Source: Flectonema sp. DT1601 (taxonomy: Eukaryota). From it: a DNA stretch of 64,000 nt. The stretch covers positions 558,001-622,000 of the forward strand of contig OZ025787.1 of NCBI GenBank assembly GCA_964019425.1, given 5' to 3'. Positions within the stretch are counted from its first letter, which is position 1; each line of letters begins with the position of its first letter. Below are positions 33,443 through 46,858 of the stretch, piece after piece. The notes under the pieces are model-generated. The model did no database searches. It was not told the DNA's origin and worked only from the letters and a program-made list of their open reading frames with translations. Position numbers and translations under genes: made by a program.

Positions 33443-36400
33443 ATGAATATGAGGGGAATCTTACTACTGGTCACTTTATGTTCTCTAATTGGTTCATCAT
33501 CTGCTCAAACATGCAATGTATGGAATATGTGTGGAGCAGGATTCTTATTAAAACCAGGTGCAGCAGCAGTAAATTGTGGAGGAGTGAACCCAGCATGCAG
33601 TAACGCAGTTTGCTGTGATGCAACTTGTAATAATGCAGGTTGGGGAGGATGTGGAATGGGTCTCAGCAATAGAGCTAATCAAGCAGCAATTGTATGCGGA
33701 ACTACAGCAGCACTTTGTACTACTAACTTATGCTGTGAAGTCACGTGCGATAATCCTGGTTGGGCAGGTTGTGGTGTTGGTTTCGACAACAAAGCAGGTC
33801 TCGCAGGAATAGTCTGCGGTGCAACTACTGGACATTGCTCTACAACAGTCTGCTGCAATGCCAACTGTCAGTCTAATTGGGGTGGTTGTACTACAGGTTT
33901 TAGTGATAAACCAAATCAAGCAACAATATTATGTGGTGGAATACCAGCTAATTGTAACAGTGCTGTATGCTGTAATGCATTGTGTAACAATGCTGCGTTT
34001 GCGTGTAGCGCCGGAAACACTCCGAAAGTAAATCAAAATGCTATTCAATGCGGGCTAACAGCCGTAGCTTGCAATGATGCCACATGCTGTGATGCAACGT
34101 GTAGCAATGCAGGGTTTTCTTGTGGAAATTTTCCTGGTGCTGTTGCTAAGGGAGGACAGGCAGCCATAACATGTGGTGCTAATGTTGCTTTGTGTACAGA
34201 AGCTTTGTGTTGTGACTCTACTTGTGCGCATCCAGGATTTACTTGTGGAGCTGGTTTTATAAACAAAGCCACGCAGGGTACCATCCTTTGCGGTGCGACT
34301 TCAGCATTCTGCACCAGCGCAGCCTGCTGTGATGCCACTTGTGATAATGGTGGTTGGGGTGGATGTTCAACGGGATTTTCAGCAAAGATTAACCAAGCTG
34401 CTATTACTTGTGGTGTCAACGCTGCTTCTTGTTCTGTTGGAGCCTGTTGTGATGCAACTTGTAACAACGCCGGGTTTATTTGTGGTCCAGGGTTCGTCAA
34501 CAAGGCAAATCAAGCAGCACTTACTTGTGGTGCTAATGCTGGTTCTTGTACATCAACATTGTGTTGTGATGCTACTTGTGGAAATACTCAATTCTCTTGT
34601 GGGTTCGGATTTGTAGACAAAGCAAATGTCGCAACGATAACATGCGGAGCCACACCAGCACTCTGTTCTGATAACATTTGTTGTGATTCAACTTGTAATA
34701 ATGCAGTGTTCACTTGTCCTAATGGATGGGTTATTAAGACTCAGGCTAATCTATTGACGTGTGGTGCAACTGCAGCAGCCTGCACTGCTGCAACCTGCTG
34801 TGATGAAAGACTCTGTGGTATTGACCAGAGAGTATTTTCAAATGCCTGCGTAGCATGCTTACCGGGAGAGAACAACGCTGCGGGTGACTCAGCTGCTGGA
34901 CCAGATACTTTCTGTGATCCGATATTCTGTGGAGCAAATCAGTTTGTTTTAAATAATGTTTGTACTACTTGTCCTGCTGGTTCAACGAATATGGCGAATG
35001 ATAATGCAGCTGCTGCTGATACTTTTTGTGACCCAACTCTCTGCTTAATCAACCAACGGGTTCAAGGAAATGCTTGCATTGCATGTCTGGCTGGGTCAAC
35101 AAATCAGGCTGGTGATTCCGCTCAAGGATCCGATACGTTTTGTGATAACACACTTTGTGCATTAAATCAACGAGTAGTTAACAATATTTGTGTTCCGTGT
35201 CAAGCTGGAAGCACAAACGCACCAAATGACAATGCTGTTGGAGGCAACACATTCTGCGATGCAACTCAGTGTGTTACCAATCAACGTGTTGTGCTAAATG
35301 TTTGTACACCATGTGCTGCTGGAACGACTAATGTTCAAGGGGACTTAGCAACTGGACCTAATACTCTTTGTGATGCAGTAATATGTGGTGCTAATCAACA
35401 TGTTATTACAAATCAGTGTCAGTCATGTCCAATTGGTTCGACAAACATCGCTGGTGATGACGCGTCTGGTACAGATACTCAATGTGATCCAACACTATGT
35501 TCAGCTAACCAACGTGTTGTAAACCACGCATGTGCTGCTTGCCCAGCTGGTTCAACTAATACAGGTGGTGATGCAGCATCAGGTCCTGACACACTTTGTG
35601 ATGCCATCCTGTGCGCTATTAATCAAATGGTCAGATCAAATGCCTGCTCTGCCTGTAGTCCTGGATCTACTAACTCTCCAAACGATGACGCTTCAGGACC
35701 TGACACTTCCTGTGACCCAACCATCTGTGCAATGAACCAAAATGTTCTTAACAATCAATGTTTAAATTGCCCTCCTGGTACTACGAATGTTGCTGGTGAT
35801 GACGCCAGTCAGACTAATACGTTTTGCGACGTTACATTCTGTGCAAGAGATCAGAGTGTTCAGAATAATGTTTGCACACCATGTGCTAATGGTTTTAGGA
35901 ATGCCGCAGGTGATGATGCGAGTGGTCAAGATACTACTTGTTCAAGAGCAGCAGGTGTTACTGTTTCTCCAACCGGATTGTTAACATCTGAAGCAGGAAT
36001 GTCTGCAACTTTCACAGTCTTACTCGACTCAGAACCATTTTCTGATGTTGTCATTGCCGTCAGAAGCAGCAACACTGGAGAAGGTATTGCGGTACCGGGT
36101 GTTCTAACTTTCACAAGTAGTAATTGGGGAGGTGCTCAGACTATCACGGTAACTGGTGTACAAGACGCCTTTGATGATGGAGATGTTCAATACACAGTTC
36201 AAGTTGAGCGTGTTATTAGTACAGATGCTGACTATAATGGTTTAGATCCAGCTGATGTGATGGTTACTAATGTTGATGACGACACTATTGGTGTTTCTGT
36301 TACTCCGACTGCAAACGTTATCACAACTGAAGCAGGCGGTGTTGGAACATTCGCTATCGCGTTATTCACTCAGCCAACAGCTGATGTCACAATTGGAATC

Positions 36401-39400
36401 ACCAGCACTGACACCACCGAAGGTGTAGTCAATCCTTCCGAATTAATATTCCGACCTGGAGCCAGCACCACTGGACAAGGTCATTGGGGAACTCCACAAA
36501 CAGTTACCGTCAGAGGTGTTGATGATTTTATAAAAGACGGTGATGTAGTTTATTCAATCATAACATCACCAACAATATCAACTGACCCTTTATATAATGG
36601 AATTAATCCTGACGATGTACCTGCTATAAATATGGATAATGATCAGGCAGGTGTTCGATTGATTCCAGTAACAAGCTTGACAACATCTGAAGATGGTGTT
36701 CAACAAGCCTTAATAAACGTTGAGCTTCTAAGTGAGCCAGCTGTGTCAGTTGATGTGACTGTTCAAGTGTCAGATGCTACTGAAGCAACTGTGAATCCAG
36801 CAACATTTACTTTCTTACCAACAAATTGGAATACTCCTCAAACACTTACTGCAACTGGTGTTGATGATGCTATAGATGATGGTGATATTTCTTATGAACT
36901 AATCCCTCAAACTGCTAGTACAGAAACTGCCTATTCCGGAGTAACTTGGGATGCTCAAAAGAGACTTCTTCTTAATTTAGATAACGATCAGGCTGGGATC
37001 ACTGTCGACAGACGTCAACAAGATGGATCAACGAACATTTTAATATCTGAAAATGGAACAAGAACAGCGTCATTCTCAGTGACGTTAGTATCCCAACCAA
37101 CAACAACAGTTACCATACCAATACTCAGTTTAGATACAACAGAAGGTGTCACTTCAGCAACAGAAATTATATTCGACAGCAGCAATTGGAATGTTCCTTC
37201 GATCATAACAATGAGTGGAGTTCAGGATGACGTTGCTGATGGTGACATTACTTTTCAGGTAACATTAGGACCAAGTCAAAGTCAAGACCCAAAATATAAC
37301 CAACTCAGTATTGCTAATGTAGCAGTGACATGTGTTGACGATGATGTCCCTGGTGTTACTGTTACTCCAACTATTGGAACTGACACATTTGAGAATCAAG
37401 TAGGTATGGGAAGTAGTGCAAGTAGTTCAGAGTTCACAGTTATGTTAGCGAGTGAACCAATTTATGATGTGACTGTTCCACTAAGAAGTGGTGATCATAC
37501 TGAAGGAAGACCTAATGTTGATAATTTAATATTCACTTCAACTAATTGGAGACAGGCTCAAACAGTTACAATCATTCCTGTTGATGATGATGAAGCAGAT
37601 GGTGATGTACAATATGATATCATCACTGAGTTAACAACATCACGTGATCCAACTTATGTTGGAATTGATCCTCCGAATGTAAGACTTTGGAATAGAGATG
37701 ATGACACCGCTTCGATTATCGTGACACCGACAGCTGGTCTTGAAACAACTGAACATGGAGGAACAGCTGTATTCACAATATCATTAACAAGTCAGCCTAC
37801 TTCATTAGTTTTAATAAATTTCTTTTCAAGTGACACATCCGAAGGTAGACTTGAACCCTCAAGTGCAACATTCGGTCCTGGAGACTGGAAAGCCGGTCGC
37901 AATATCAGCGTTGTCGGTGTTCAAGATGCAGTCGACGATGGTGACGTCACATTCGCAATTCAAAATGCCGGAGTCAACACTGCAGACGCAATGTACACAG
38001 CCTTGACTGTTCCATCAATTAGTGTTATTAATAGAGAAGATGATGTGGCTGGTATCACAATTAATGTTCCACAAGAAGGAGTTATAACAAATGAGAACAG
38101 AGGAACATCATGGGTATCTGTAGTACTAAACACTCAACCGATTTCAGATGTCACTGTTGGGATTTCATCAAGTGACGAAACAGAGGCTACAATATCTCCT
38201 GATACGGTTATTTTCACTGCCGGAACTGCTCAGATGGGTCGCGGACATTGGGGAGTTCCTGTCACTGTGACCGTCACGGGAGTTGATGATCTCGCAGCTG
38301 ATGGAAATATTCAATATTCAATTCAATATGCAAACGCTGTGTCAACTGACCCAAAATACAATGGTATGTGTTGTGATTAACTTAATCTTAGTTGTTTATT
38401 TTTAAAAAAATATAAAATAATAAAACAGGAATCGCGACTCCTGAAACTCCAGCCGTCAATAATGACAACGACAACGCGACTGTTTTGGTATCACCGACAA
38501 CTGGTCATCGGGTTTCAGAAACTGGGATTACTTCTGTTTTTACGATGTTGTTATCAGCGAGACCTTCTAATTCTGTCATATGTGGTCTGAGAACAAATGA
38601 CGCAACAGAAGTCTCATTAAGCGCAACCAGAGTAACGTTTACAGTTGATGATTGGAACCTACCTCACTCTGTGACAATAACAGGTATTAATGATGCAATC
38701 TTCGATGGTGATATCTCTGTTTCAATCATAACAGATGCTTGTACCAGTGCAGACTCTCTCTTTAACGGTCAGGATCCCCCTGACATTTCAGCTGTTAATC
38801 AAGATATTGATTCTGGTGGCGCTTACTTACTAACAACTCTTTCTCTTCCTGCTGCTCAAAACGATCCCAACTTATGTACTCGGGCAATGCTCGACTCTTC
38901 AGCGTTGTGGGACATCCCAATTGGATTCTTTACTGAGTGTAAGGTAGCAGTGAGTCAACCAGAGAATGGTATTTGGCATGATATTATAACTTATGAAATT
39001 CACATGGGGGGACCTCGTCTTCAAGCATGTGAAGAATTAAGAAGAAAAGGAGCTCTGATATTAGCAGACAGACAAAGGGTTCAAGTAGCGGGTAGACTTC
39101 TACAAGACGCGACAGCTACAACAGTTGACTGTACTAAAGTAACGTGTTCTACTTATGCATCAGCTCAGTGTTCTTCTGGACTACTTGTTGGTGATGCTAC
39201 CACAAGGATATGTAACAATGATGTGTGTGACTCCCTCACTTGTTGTCGTCCTTCAGCTATTCAAGCAAGTATATATAACGGCAATTCTTGTACTGACTTA
39301 GCATTCAGTATTGCCGTGACGGATACATCAACTGTGTGTCAGCCAGTAACACAACCTGGAGAGCCTCAAGTGCGGTTCGGAGCTTTGTATTGCGATGCTG

Positions 39401-40315
39401 CTTCCGGATTGGTATGTTTTTTCTTATTTTACACATTCACTGATTATCTCATTGTGGTTGACCAATAGGCCAGACGGGCGCAAAGATGTTGCAGACCGAT
39501 GCGACCTGAGTACCACATCAAGTAACCTGGAGGTGGTCATTTGATGCGCTGCTGCAATTCATTGTTAGTAACAATAGTTCTTAATAATAATCAAATCAGG
39601 CATATGCTCGCACGGGTTTCACCAGCGTATCAGCATGTGGTGCTGCTGTTGGAGGAGTTGGAACATTAATCGGTCACCCTGATACTATTGTATTTCAGTG
39701 TAACTGTGCTAGAGCAGCACTTCAAACAAACTCCGAGATGAGTCAGTGCTCTAAATCAATACAGTATGTAGTTTATTATAATTATTAAATGTTATGAACT
39801 TTCAACAGTGTGAGAGTCATTAATTACTGTGTGGTATTATTTAAGACACCAAATCAAACAGAAACGATCGGTTCTATGCGACTTGTGGTCGATACCAAGC
39901 AGCAGCACCAGTCACAAGTAACGATGATGACGGACTACCTACTTGGGCTTTAATTCTAATAATTGTTCTGGGAGTGTGTTGTTGTCTTGCGTTGTTAGCA
40001 TTGCTTTTATCATCAATGAAAAAGAAGAATGCTAACCAGAGTGATGAGCCAGGACCAGATCGCAACAATACCAAGAGTGACTTAGATGAGGGTTTGTTAT
40101 ATGGAGAGGAAGAGTCTCCAAACTATGAAAAAAACTATGAAAAAAACTACGAAAAAAACTATGACACCAGCTACTACAATCCTACTCCAACTTTAATGAC
40201 TCCTCCTCGAGATCGTCCTGCAGCTGCTTCCTTCAATGGAATCGGAGGCCCTCATACGTCGATAATAAATCCGTTGGAGAGTAGAGGTAGTGGGCTTCAA
40301 CCCATCGTGTATTAG
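33443..40315 (+). CDS. Giant type-I membrane surface protein (~2173 aa): two Cys-rich repeat arrays, Calx-beta-like repeats, TM and a Tyr-rich tail; exons 33443-38363, 38429-39411, 39600-39763, 39862-40315
   Basis: Signal peptide; ~40-aa CCDATC repeats; ~38-aa CxxNQxVxxNxCxxCxxGSTNxxGDxAxGxDTxCD repeats; ~120-aa repeats ending VTGVDDxxxDGD. Three GTATGT..CAG introns join the ORFs in frame. TM WALILIIVLGVCCCLALLALLL. Confidence 0.85.
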
Positions 40316-40693
40316 TATTGCTGTGTCCACAAACTACATTAGTTTTTAAGTAAGGCTGGTTTTTCGTTTTCTTTGTTTGTGCGGAAGTAATTAACTTATT
40401 TTTTTTTCTTGCTCTTATTGATTGTTATTTTATGTAATTCACTTATCATTATTATTATTATTATTTTTTAAAATTATATTTTCGTCCTAGATTCTCTCAT
40501 TTTAATTTTCTCTTCCCATGTCATTTTTTTAAAAAGCTGTTTGCTTTACATCTTGTCAAAAAAAAAAAAAATATTAAAAAAAAAAATGAAATCCTTAAGT
40601 AGTAGATATTTACCTGTGTTATTCTTTTTGTTTTTTTTCTTCTGCGTTTCCTTTTGTTATTATTAAGTATGTTTGCTTGCAGCCTATAGTTGC

Positions 40694-40726
<33 letters not shown>

Positions 40727-42173
40727 TGCTTTCTTCTCTCTCGGGGAATTCCTCTGACCTCTCAAGGCGTTTTATTCTCTATTGGAAGAAGGTTATTCGT
40801 TGCTGTTAACACTGCGAGAAGAAACCTTATTGTTAAGGCGGCAATGTTATTTGGAGAACGTAAAGACGTGAATCCAGCTATGGATGGTGAGTCGGGGGGG
40901 AAGAAAATGAAAAGTACCTCCTTTCACCTTGAACTTATATTATTATTGTTATTATTATTATTTTTTTTTGTAGAAATTATATTTCTCTTTACTTCACCTG
41001 GAATCGTAGCGGGCGCTTTTTTTGCGAACTAAAACGAAAATTAGAATCTCTTCTTAGTGAGCATTACTTTTTGGATTAGACTTTTAATTTCTCGCTTTCC
41101 ATCTAGCTTGTCCTTTTTCAAGTAGAAACGAACTCTCCTAAATTTATTATCTTTTCTTGGATGATCATGTAATTACTTATTATGCATCAGACGTGTCACA
41201 GATTCAAATAAAGAAGAGAATGATGATATGAGCTTCTTTAGTTGAGCAATCTGTTTGAGGGACTTTGATGGTTCCCTTTGTTCAAGATAAATGATTTCCG
41301 TTTTTTTTTTTCCCCCCTCCCACTCTCACTCTTTATGTTCTTGTTGTAGCCCAGGTAAGGGTGACTTGCGACGGTGATATACTTTTGTCAAAATCTGCAT
41401 GCGAAACGATTCGTCTCCACTCCCCTCTTCAAGTAGGGAAGCTGTAGTAAGTTGTTTAACGCGATACGTGGAAGTGGCAATGAGAAACTACTCCTTCCCT
41501 TTCTTTTGTTATTTTCAACATGGTAGTTCCTGTAGGGAACTACAAGCAATCTCACTAGGCATTGCACCCGTTCTGGTTCGACTACTGTGTTATCCCTACC
41601 CATGTGACAGACTGGTATTTCTGACTCCCTTATTTTTTCCGTTTCTTAACTGACCAAATAACAAGCTAAAACTACTCGGAGTTTTAAAATCTTTTAAAGT
41701 GGTGCAGAATTATGTTTTTTCTTTCTCAAAAACAATAAACCCACCGACTTAGTGGAAGACAGAGTAATGCTTTGGTTGCCTGCCTTTTTTTTTCCCCTCT
41801 TTTTTTTTCCCTTGTAACTGGTAACCTGCTCAGCAGGGGAAAAAAAAAACTTTGGCAGAGCGTAAACTCCTTTTCAGCCACATTAAAAGTTGAATGATTC
41901 GTGCAACGTCGTGTTGTACGGGAAATCAAAGCGGGGAATCAAAATTGTTAGTTTTGTCGGTTACTATTCGTAGCATGTGTCTCTAAAAAAAAAAAAAAAA
42001 AACAGAAACAGAAAGAATTACTTTAGTTGTACGTTAGATTACCAAAAAAATAAAAAAATAAAATAAATAACGAAATTCTCCTTTTTTTAATGCAATGAAA
42101 CAGTTATATTGCAGCTGTCAGTAAAGATAATTATATCTATTGTTTCTTTTATCAGAATAAACAAAGCGGTATT

Positions 42174-44024
42174 ATGGAAACAAAAGGTCCCAATATCATT
42201 GGTGAAGTGAACCTCGATATGATTGCAATGCAAATCCGATCTGAAGAAGAAGAATCAAGTTTTGAATATAATAAAACAGCTCACACTGACACTAGTGGTG
42301 TTGATGATTTTACTCAAACGGTAAAGAATTCTCCGGGATGGTTAGCAGAAAGTGCGATGTTCCGAGGAGCAAGTGCTGTAGACGCCGCAACAGCAGTACT
42401 TGCGAATAGTAAAGCAGAGCTTCTTGGTATTGAGAAGAAGTTAAAGTTTGCGATGACATACATCGATTGTGATGGAGATCCGAATTCTATTAATCCACAA
42501 GAGTTTCGTCAACTTTGGAAACTCGTTTGGGGAGGTGATCGAAACCTCGACGATGTCGGTTGGGCAGAAACTGAAAAAATCTTCGTCGATGTCGACACCG
42601 ACCACTCTGGAAAAATAGAACTCAAAGAGCTCATTGCGTACCTCTCCTTACATCAATCTAACTTACAGATTCTAAGAGGTAATAGACCCGATGATTTAAA
42701 GGATTGGTTGTGGCTCTTAGTCTCTCCATCTACTGAAGGCTCTGCATTCTACAAGTCAGAATCGGAAGAAGATCAAAAACTCGCGAAGAGAATTTGGTTA
42801 TATAAATTTGTTTCACAGTGTATGATTGTTCTTTATATAAGTATCGTCTTCGTTGAGTCACTTCCTGATTATCAGAATTCTGACGGGACGATGGGAACGT
42901 CGGTAACGTTTGCTCTCGAATCCCTGTGTGTTATATTCTTTATGCTTGAGTTTATTGCTTGGGCGGTATCATATAGAGACACAATCCGACTATTAGATAT
43001 TGATCAGTCTCTTAGAATTAAGAAAGTTAAAGCACCCCGAGGACTATTTCAAAAAAGTTTTTGGTTTCACCAAGCTACAATTATTGACCTTTGTAGTATC
43101 ATACCTTATTTTATTGAGTTGGGTGTCAGTGGGTTTTCATCAGGAATGATTGGAGTTGTGCGAGCATCCAGAATGTTACGAATCCTTCGTATTTTACATT
43201 CACTAAAACACGGTGATCAAGGGCTGTCTTCTATACCTAAATTAATGAGGGCGTTGCATAATTCTTTAACGTCACTTTCATGGCTCTGTTTTTTAATAAT
43301 TGTTATCGTGAGTACGAGTTCTACTTTCATGTATTACGCTGAACGGCAGGAATCAGAATTTAATTTCGACTCGAATAAATGGGTTCGTAGGAACACTTCA
43401 AGTTTTGAAGATGCTGGTAACGTGTTGGACTTACAATCGATCCCATCAGCAATGTGGTGGTCAATCGTAACGATCACTACTGTTGGATATGGTGATGTAA
43501 CACCAAAAACAACTGCAGGTAAGTGTGTGGCTACAGCAACAATGCTTGCATCTCTTGTTGTCGTTTCGTATCCGATTATTTTATTGGGATCTGTTTTTCA
43601 AGATATCCAAAATGAAATTTCAAGCGCTGAATCGAAAATGGTTTTTCGTCAATCATTCTACAGCAAACTAAAGAACTGGAGGGGACTACAGTCTCCAGGG
43701 TTAGGAAAGACAGCAAACTTCTTCGACACCTGTTCGACTATTGGAATGGGAGCGACATTCAAACCTAAAGCACCTGACGTCTCTTTAGTTTTAAATAAAC
43801 TCGAGGACATCATTGCTCCGTTAGTAACACAAGTTCAAGTACTCACCCAACGAGTTCAGGAACTAGAGTCTGATCGAAACGGTCTGCTGTCTCCATCCTC
43901 ATCGATGGATGTTACAGCAGGACGTCTTCAATCTAATAATCCTCTTGATAAAGTACCTCTAGGTCAGAAACCATCTCAGTCTTTTGAAAGGTCGAAATCA
44001 TCAATAGGAGTTGGTGAACTATAA
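42174..44024 (+). CDS. Voltage-gated K+ channel (6TM Kv) with N-terminal EF-hand pair
   Basis: EF-hand loops DCDGDPNSINPQEF and DTDHSGKIELKE; IIDLCSIIPYF (S3); RASRMLRILRIL (S4); SIPSAMWWSIVTITTVGYGD pore; C-terminal coiled coil. Confidence 0.93.
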   Translation: METKGPNIIGEVNLDMIAMQIRSEEEESSFEYNKTAHTDTSGVDDFTQTVKNSPGWLAESAMFRGASAVDAATAVLANSKAELLGIEKKLKFAMTYIDCDGDPNSINPQEFRQLWKLVWGGDRNLDDVGWAETEKIFVDVDTDHSGKIELKELIAYLSLHQSNLQILRGNRPDDLKDWLWLLVSPSTEGSAFYKSESEEDQKLAKRIWLYKFVSQCMIVLYISIVFVESLPDYQNSDGTMGTSVTFALESLCVIFFMLEFIAWAVSYRDTIRLLDIDQSLRIKKVKAPRGLFQKSFWFHQATIIDLCSIIPYFIELGVSGFSSGMIGVVRASRMLRILRILHSLKHGDQGLSSIPKLMRALHNSLTSLSWLCFLIIVIVSTSSTFMYYAERQESEFNFDSNKWVRRNTSSFEDAGNVLDLQSIPSAMWWSIVTITTVGYGDVTPKTTAGKCVATATMLASLVVVSYPIILLGSVFQDIQNEISSAESKMVFRQSFYSKLKNWRGLQSPGLGKTANFFDTCSTIGMGATFKPKAPDVSLVLNKLEDIIAPLVTQVQVLTQRVQELESDRNGLLSPSSSMDVTAGRLQSNNPLDKVPLGQKPSQSFERSKSSIGVGEL

Positions 44025-44767
44025 ACAACATCCACTTTGAGGAATCAACAGTGGAAGTACCATCTTCATAATGATTTCTAGATAAGGTGCCCCTGTTAGG
44101 TGAGTCCTTAAGTTAGTTCTGTCTGTTATAGTCATTTATCGTTCATATTTTGTTATTATTTGCGTGTTAAATATCAGTGAGTGTCATGTTATTTTATTAG
44201 TTTTTTATTTATTTTTTTTATTTGAATTTTTTTTCGCTGTTAGATAGTGGACTATTGCACGTCTCATTTGACAGCCCTATTTCTGTTTAGAGAGTCTTTC
44301 GCAGAAAAGGGAATTAATACCTTTTTTATTATTCGGTGTGTGAGACTTGCTAGGTCTGCCTTTTGGTGTCGGAACCCGACAATTTCTTTTTCTGGTGACT
44401 GCAACGAAACCAGTTGTACTTCTCATTTCTTATATGTTTTTTTCAACACAAAAAAAAAAAAAAAAAAAAAAGGAAACAACAATTTATTTATTTCAATCAA
44501 AATACATCATTCTGTGAGTATTCTTCTGGAGCTTGATTCGAAATAATTAAGAAAGTTTTCAGTCTTTCGCTTATTCAGTTTCAACTACGACACTCAAGCG
44601 TGTCATGCAATCTGAAGATTCTCAACGTTGTTATTTATGTTTATTGTTTTATTATTTTATTTTTGTGTTAACTATTATCAGTATCATTCATTTCGATTAC
44701 ATACACACATCTCAAGGTAAAGAGGATTCTATGGGGTGTGTTTGCGTAAGAACAATGAACCTGTACG

Positions 44768-44801
<34 letters not shown>

Positions 44802-46113
44802 CTCTTTTTCAAAATTGCCGAGGCGTTTTTCGTTTGTGAAGATCCACTGTCGCACATCTTCAGCTGGCTGAGATTGCGGTTTTCTCCAATCAAATAACTA
44901 AGAAGTTTATACCACAACACACAACACACACACACACACAGGTATACTTCCTTGCCAACAATTCAAAATTAGTGTTCTGTGAGAACCTACAAAACAGCAA
45001 TTAGAAGTTAAATGATCAAGAGGATACCATGAATACAAGTCATCTGTTTCAGTATCTCGATTATTTATTTTCAACCAAAAAACCATCCAATTCAATCAAA
45101 TTACAATAAGAAATCCAGTGAACTATCACTCTTTACGTTATACTAGTCAGTTTTTTTTTTTTAAAAAAAAAAAAAAATGACATCAGCCAATTGTTTTGTC
45201 ATCGTGATAAAGTACTAACGTTTGATGCAACGTTTCTTTTTTTTTCTTTTTCTTTTCTTGTATGTCACTAAACTGTTTATTTTAAATGTCAATCACATAT
45301 TGCACAGGGGTATCTACCAATTCTTGAGCAGCCGTGTATGACACTAGTACTTTCTCCTCAGTATCCGAAACGCCCCGTCTCTCATCAATCGGAAGACAGG
45401 AAGAGAGGAGGAGTTAGTATGATATTTGTTCATCAGCATGTTGTGTAGTTATCCGTCACTACGTATTGAAGCCCAGTCGTGTATGACACTGATACTGTGG
45501 GCCTTGCTGCCACTTTTAATATGCGAGTCTTTTTCTTCTAGCTGCATCTTGTCAACTTTCTTATTGTCTGACGCTACTTTAGTATTTAATAATCAGAGTG
45601 TCGATAGTAGTTGTCACTCACCGAGTAAATTAATGTTTTTGTTCCTTAGCACTTACTTGGTTATCAATTATAAGCGTTTTTACACTCGTGATACTTTTGT
45701 TATTTGCCTAGGCGGCTTGCTTAGGCTCCATATTGTACTATCTTATTTGGCTATTGCAAGTTAGCTTGCGAATAGCTTTATTGTTTTCTTTTACTTCTAT
45801 CAGTCAAGCCTCCTTGTTGAGAGTACAGCTGATATCAGTCAGTAGTAGTGACAGTGCGGCGCTATGGGACTCTCTCTTTGTTTGATTTCATTTATTTAAT
45901 TGTTTTATACTTTTAGTATAGAATCTAACCACTGGTTAATCTGTTGGTCTAACTGACAGCTCCTAACTGGTCCACAAGTTGTAAACTAAACCGTTCTATT
46001 ATTTCCATACCTCTTTTTATTCCATGTTTGTGTTTCTTTTTGTTGTCTTTGCGTGTTTGAATTGCAACCTTTTTTCTCTTTTTTTTTCAGTCTTCCCGTC
46101 TCTTTTTCCTTTC

Positions 46114-46146
<33 letters not shown>

Positions 46147-46858
46147 TTGTCAAAATACATGTACTTCAAGTACAGAATGGTTGTCGATTCAGTCTTACTT
46201 TTGCGTTTTGTTATAATTTTTGTGAAGCATTTCCATCTGGAAGCGCTACGCTACTATTTTATAGTAAGTGCCGTTATCAAAAATGCAAATGCGTTCTTTT
46301 TTTTTTTTTTTTTTTGAATTAAGTTTTTTCTGTCTTATATATCGGGTTATTTTGTTTGTTGTACTTACTCTCACATCATTATCTGTATATATTTCTTTTT
46401 CTTTTTTTTTGTCATTCGCGGGTTCTTTTTTTAGATTCTGTGTTTGTTTCTTAATCATTATTCACCCCCCTGCTTCCTGATGGAGAACCTGTCTCAGGCA
46501 GTGAACATTTATGGCAATGAGGGAATCAGTAATTTAGTGCGAGTCCACAGTATGTGACTGCGTGTCTCTATCTGCCTCGCTCTCTCATTCTCTCTAAATG
46601 TGAATATATTTTTTTTTTTTTTTCATTGCGAGCGACACTTTTGTCCCAAAAAAAGAAAAAGAAAGAGTACAAACGGCATTTTTTATTTGCTGATGTTCAC
46701 TTGTCTGAACCATTTATGTCGAAAACGCAAATTATTTTTCTCATTCAGGAAATGTAAAATGATTCAACTCAGACTTCAATAATGAATATGCCATGCATGA
46801 AATAAATGTATTGTACAGTTAGTTATTATTATGTAATAGAATATAACAGTACACAACT

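Noticed and set aside
39469..39532. Possible extra exon within intron 39412-39599
   Set aside because: Direct splicing 39411 to 39600 already preserves the frame, and no phase-compatible acceptor/donor pair was evident.
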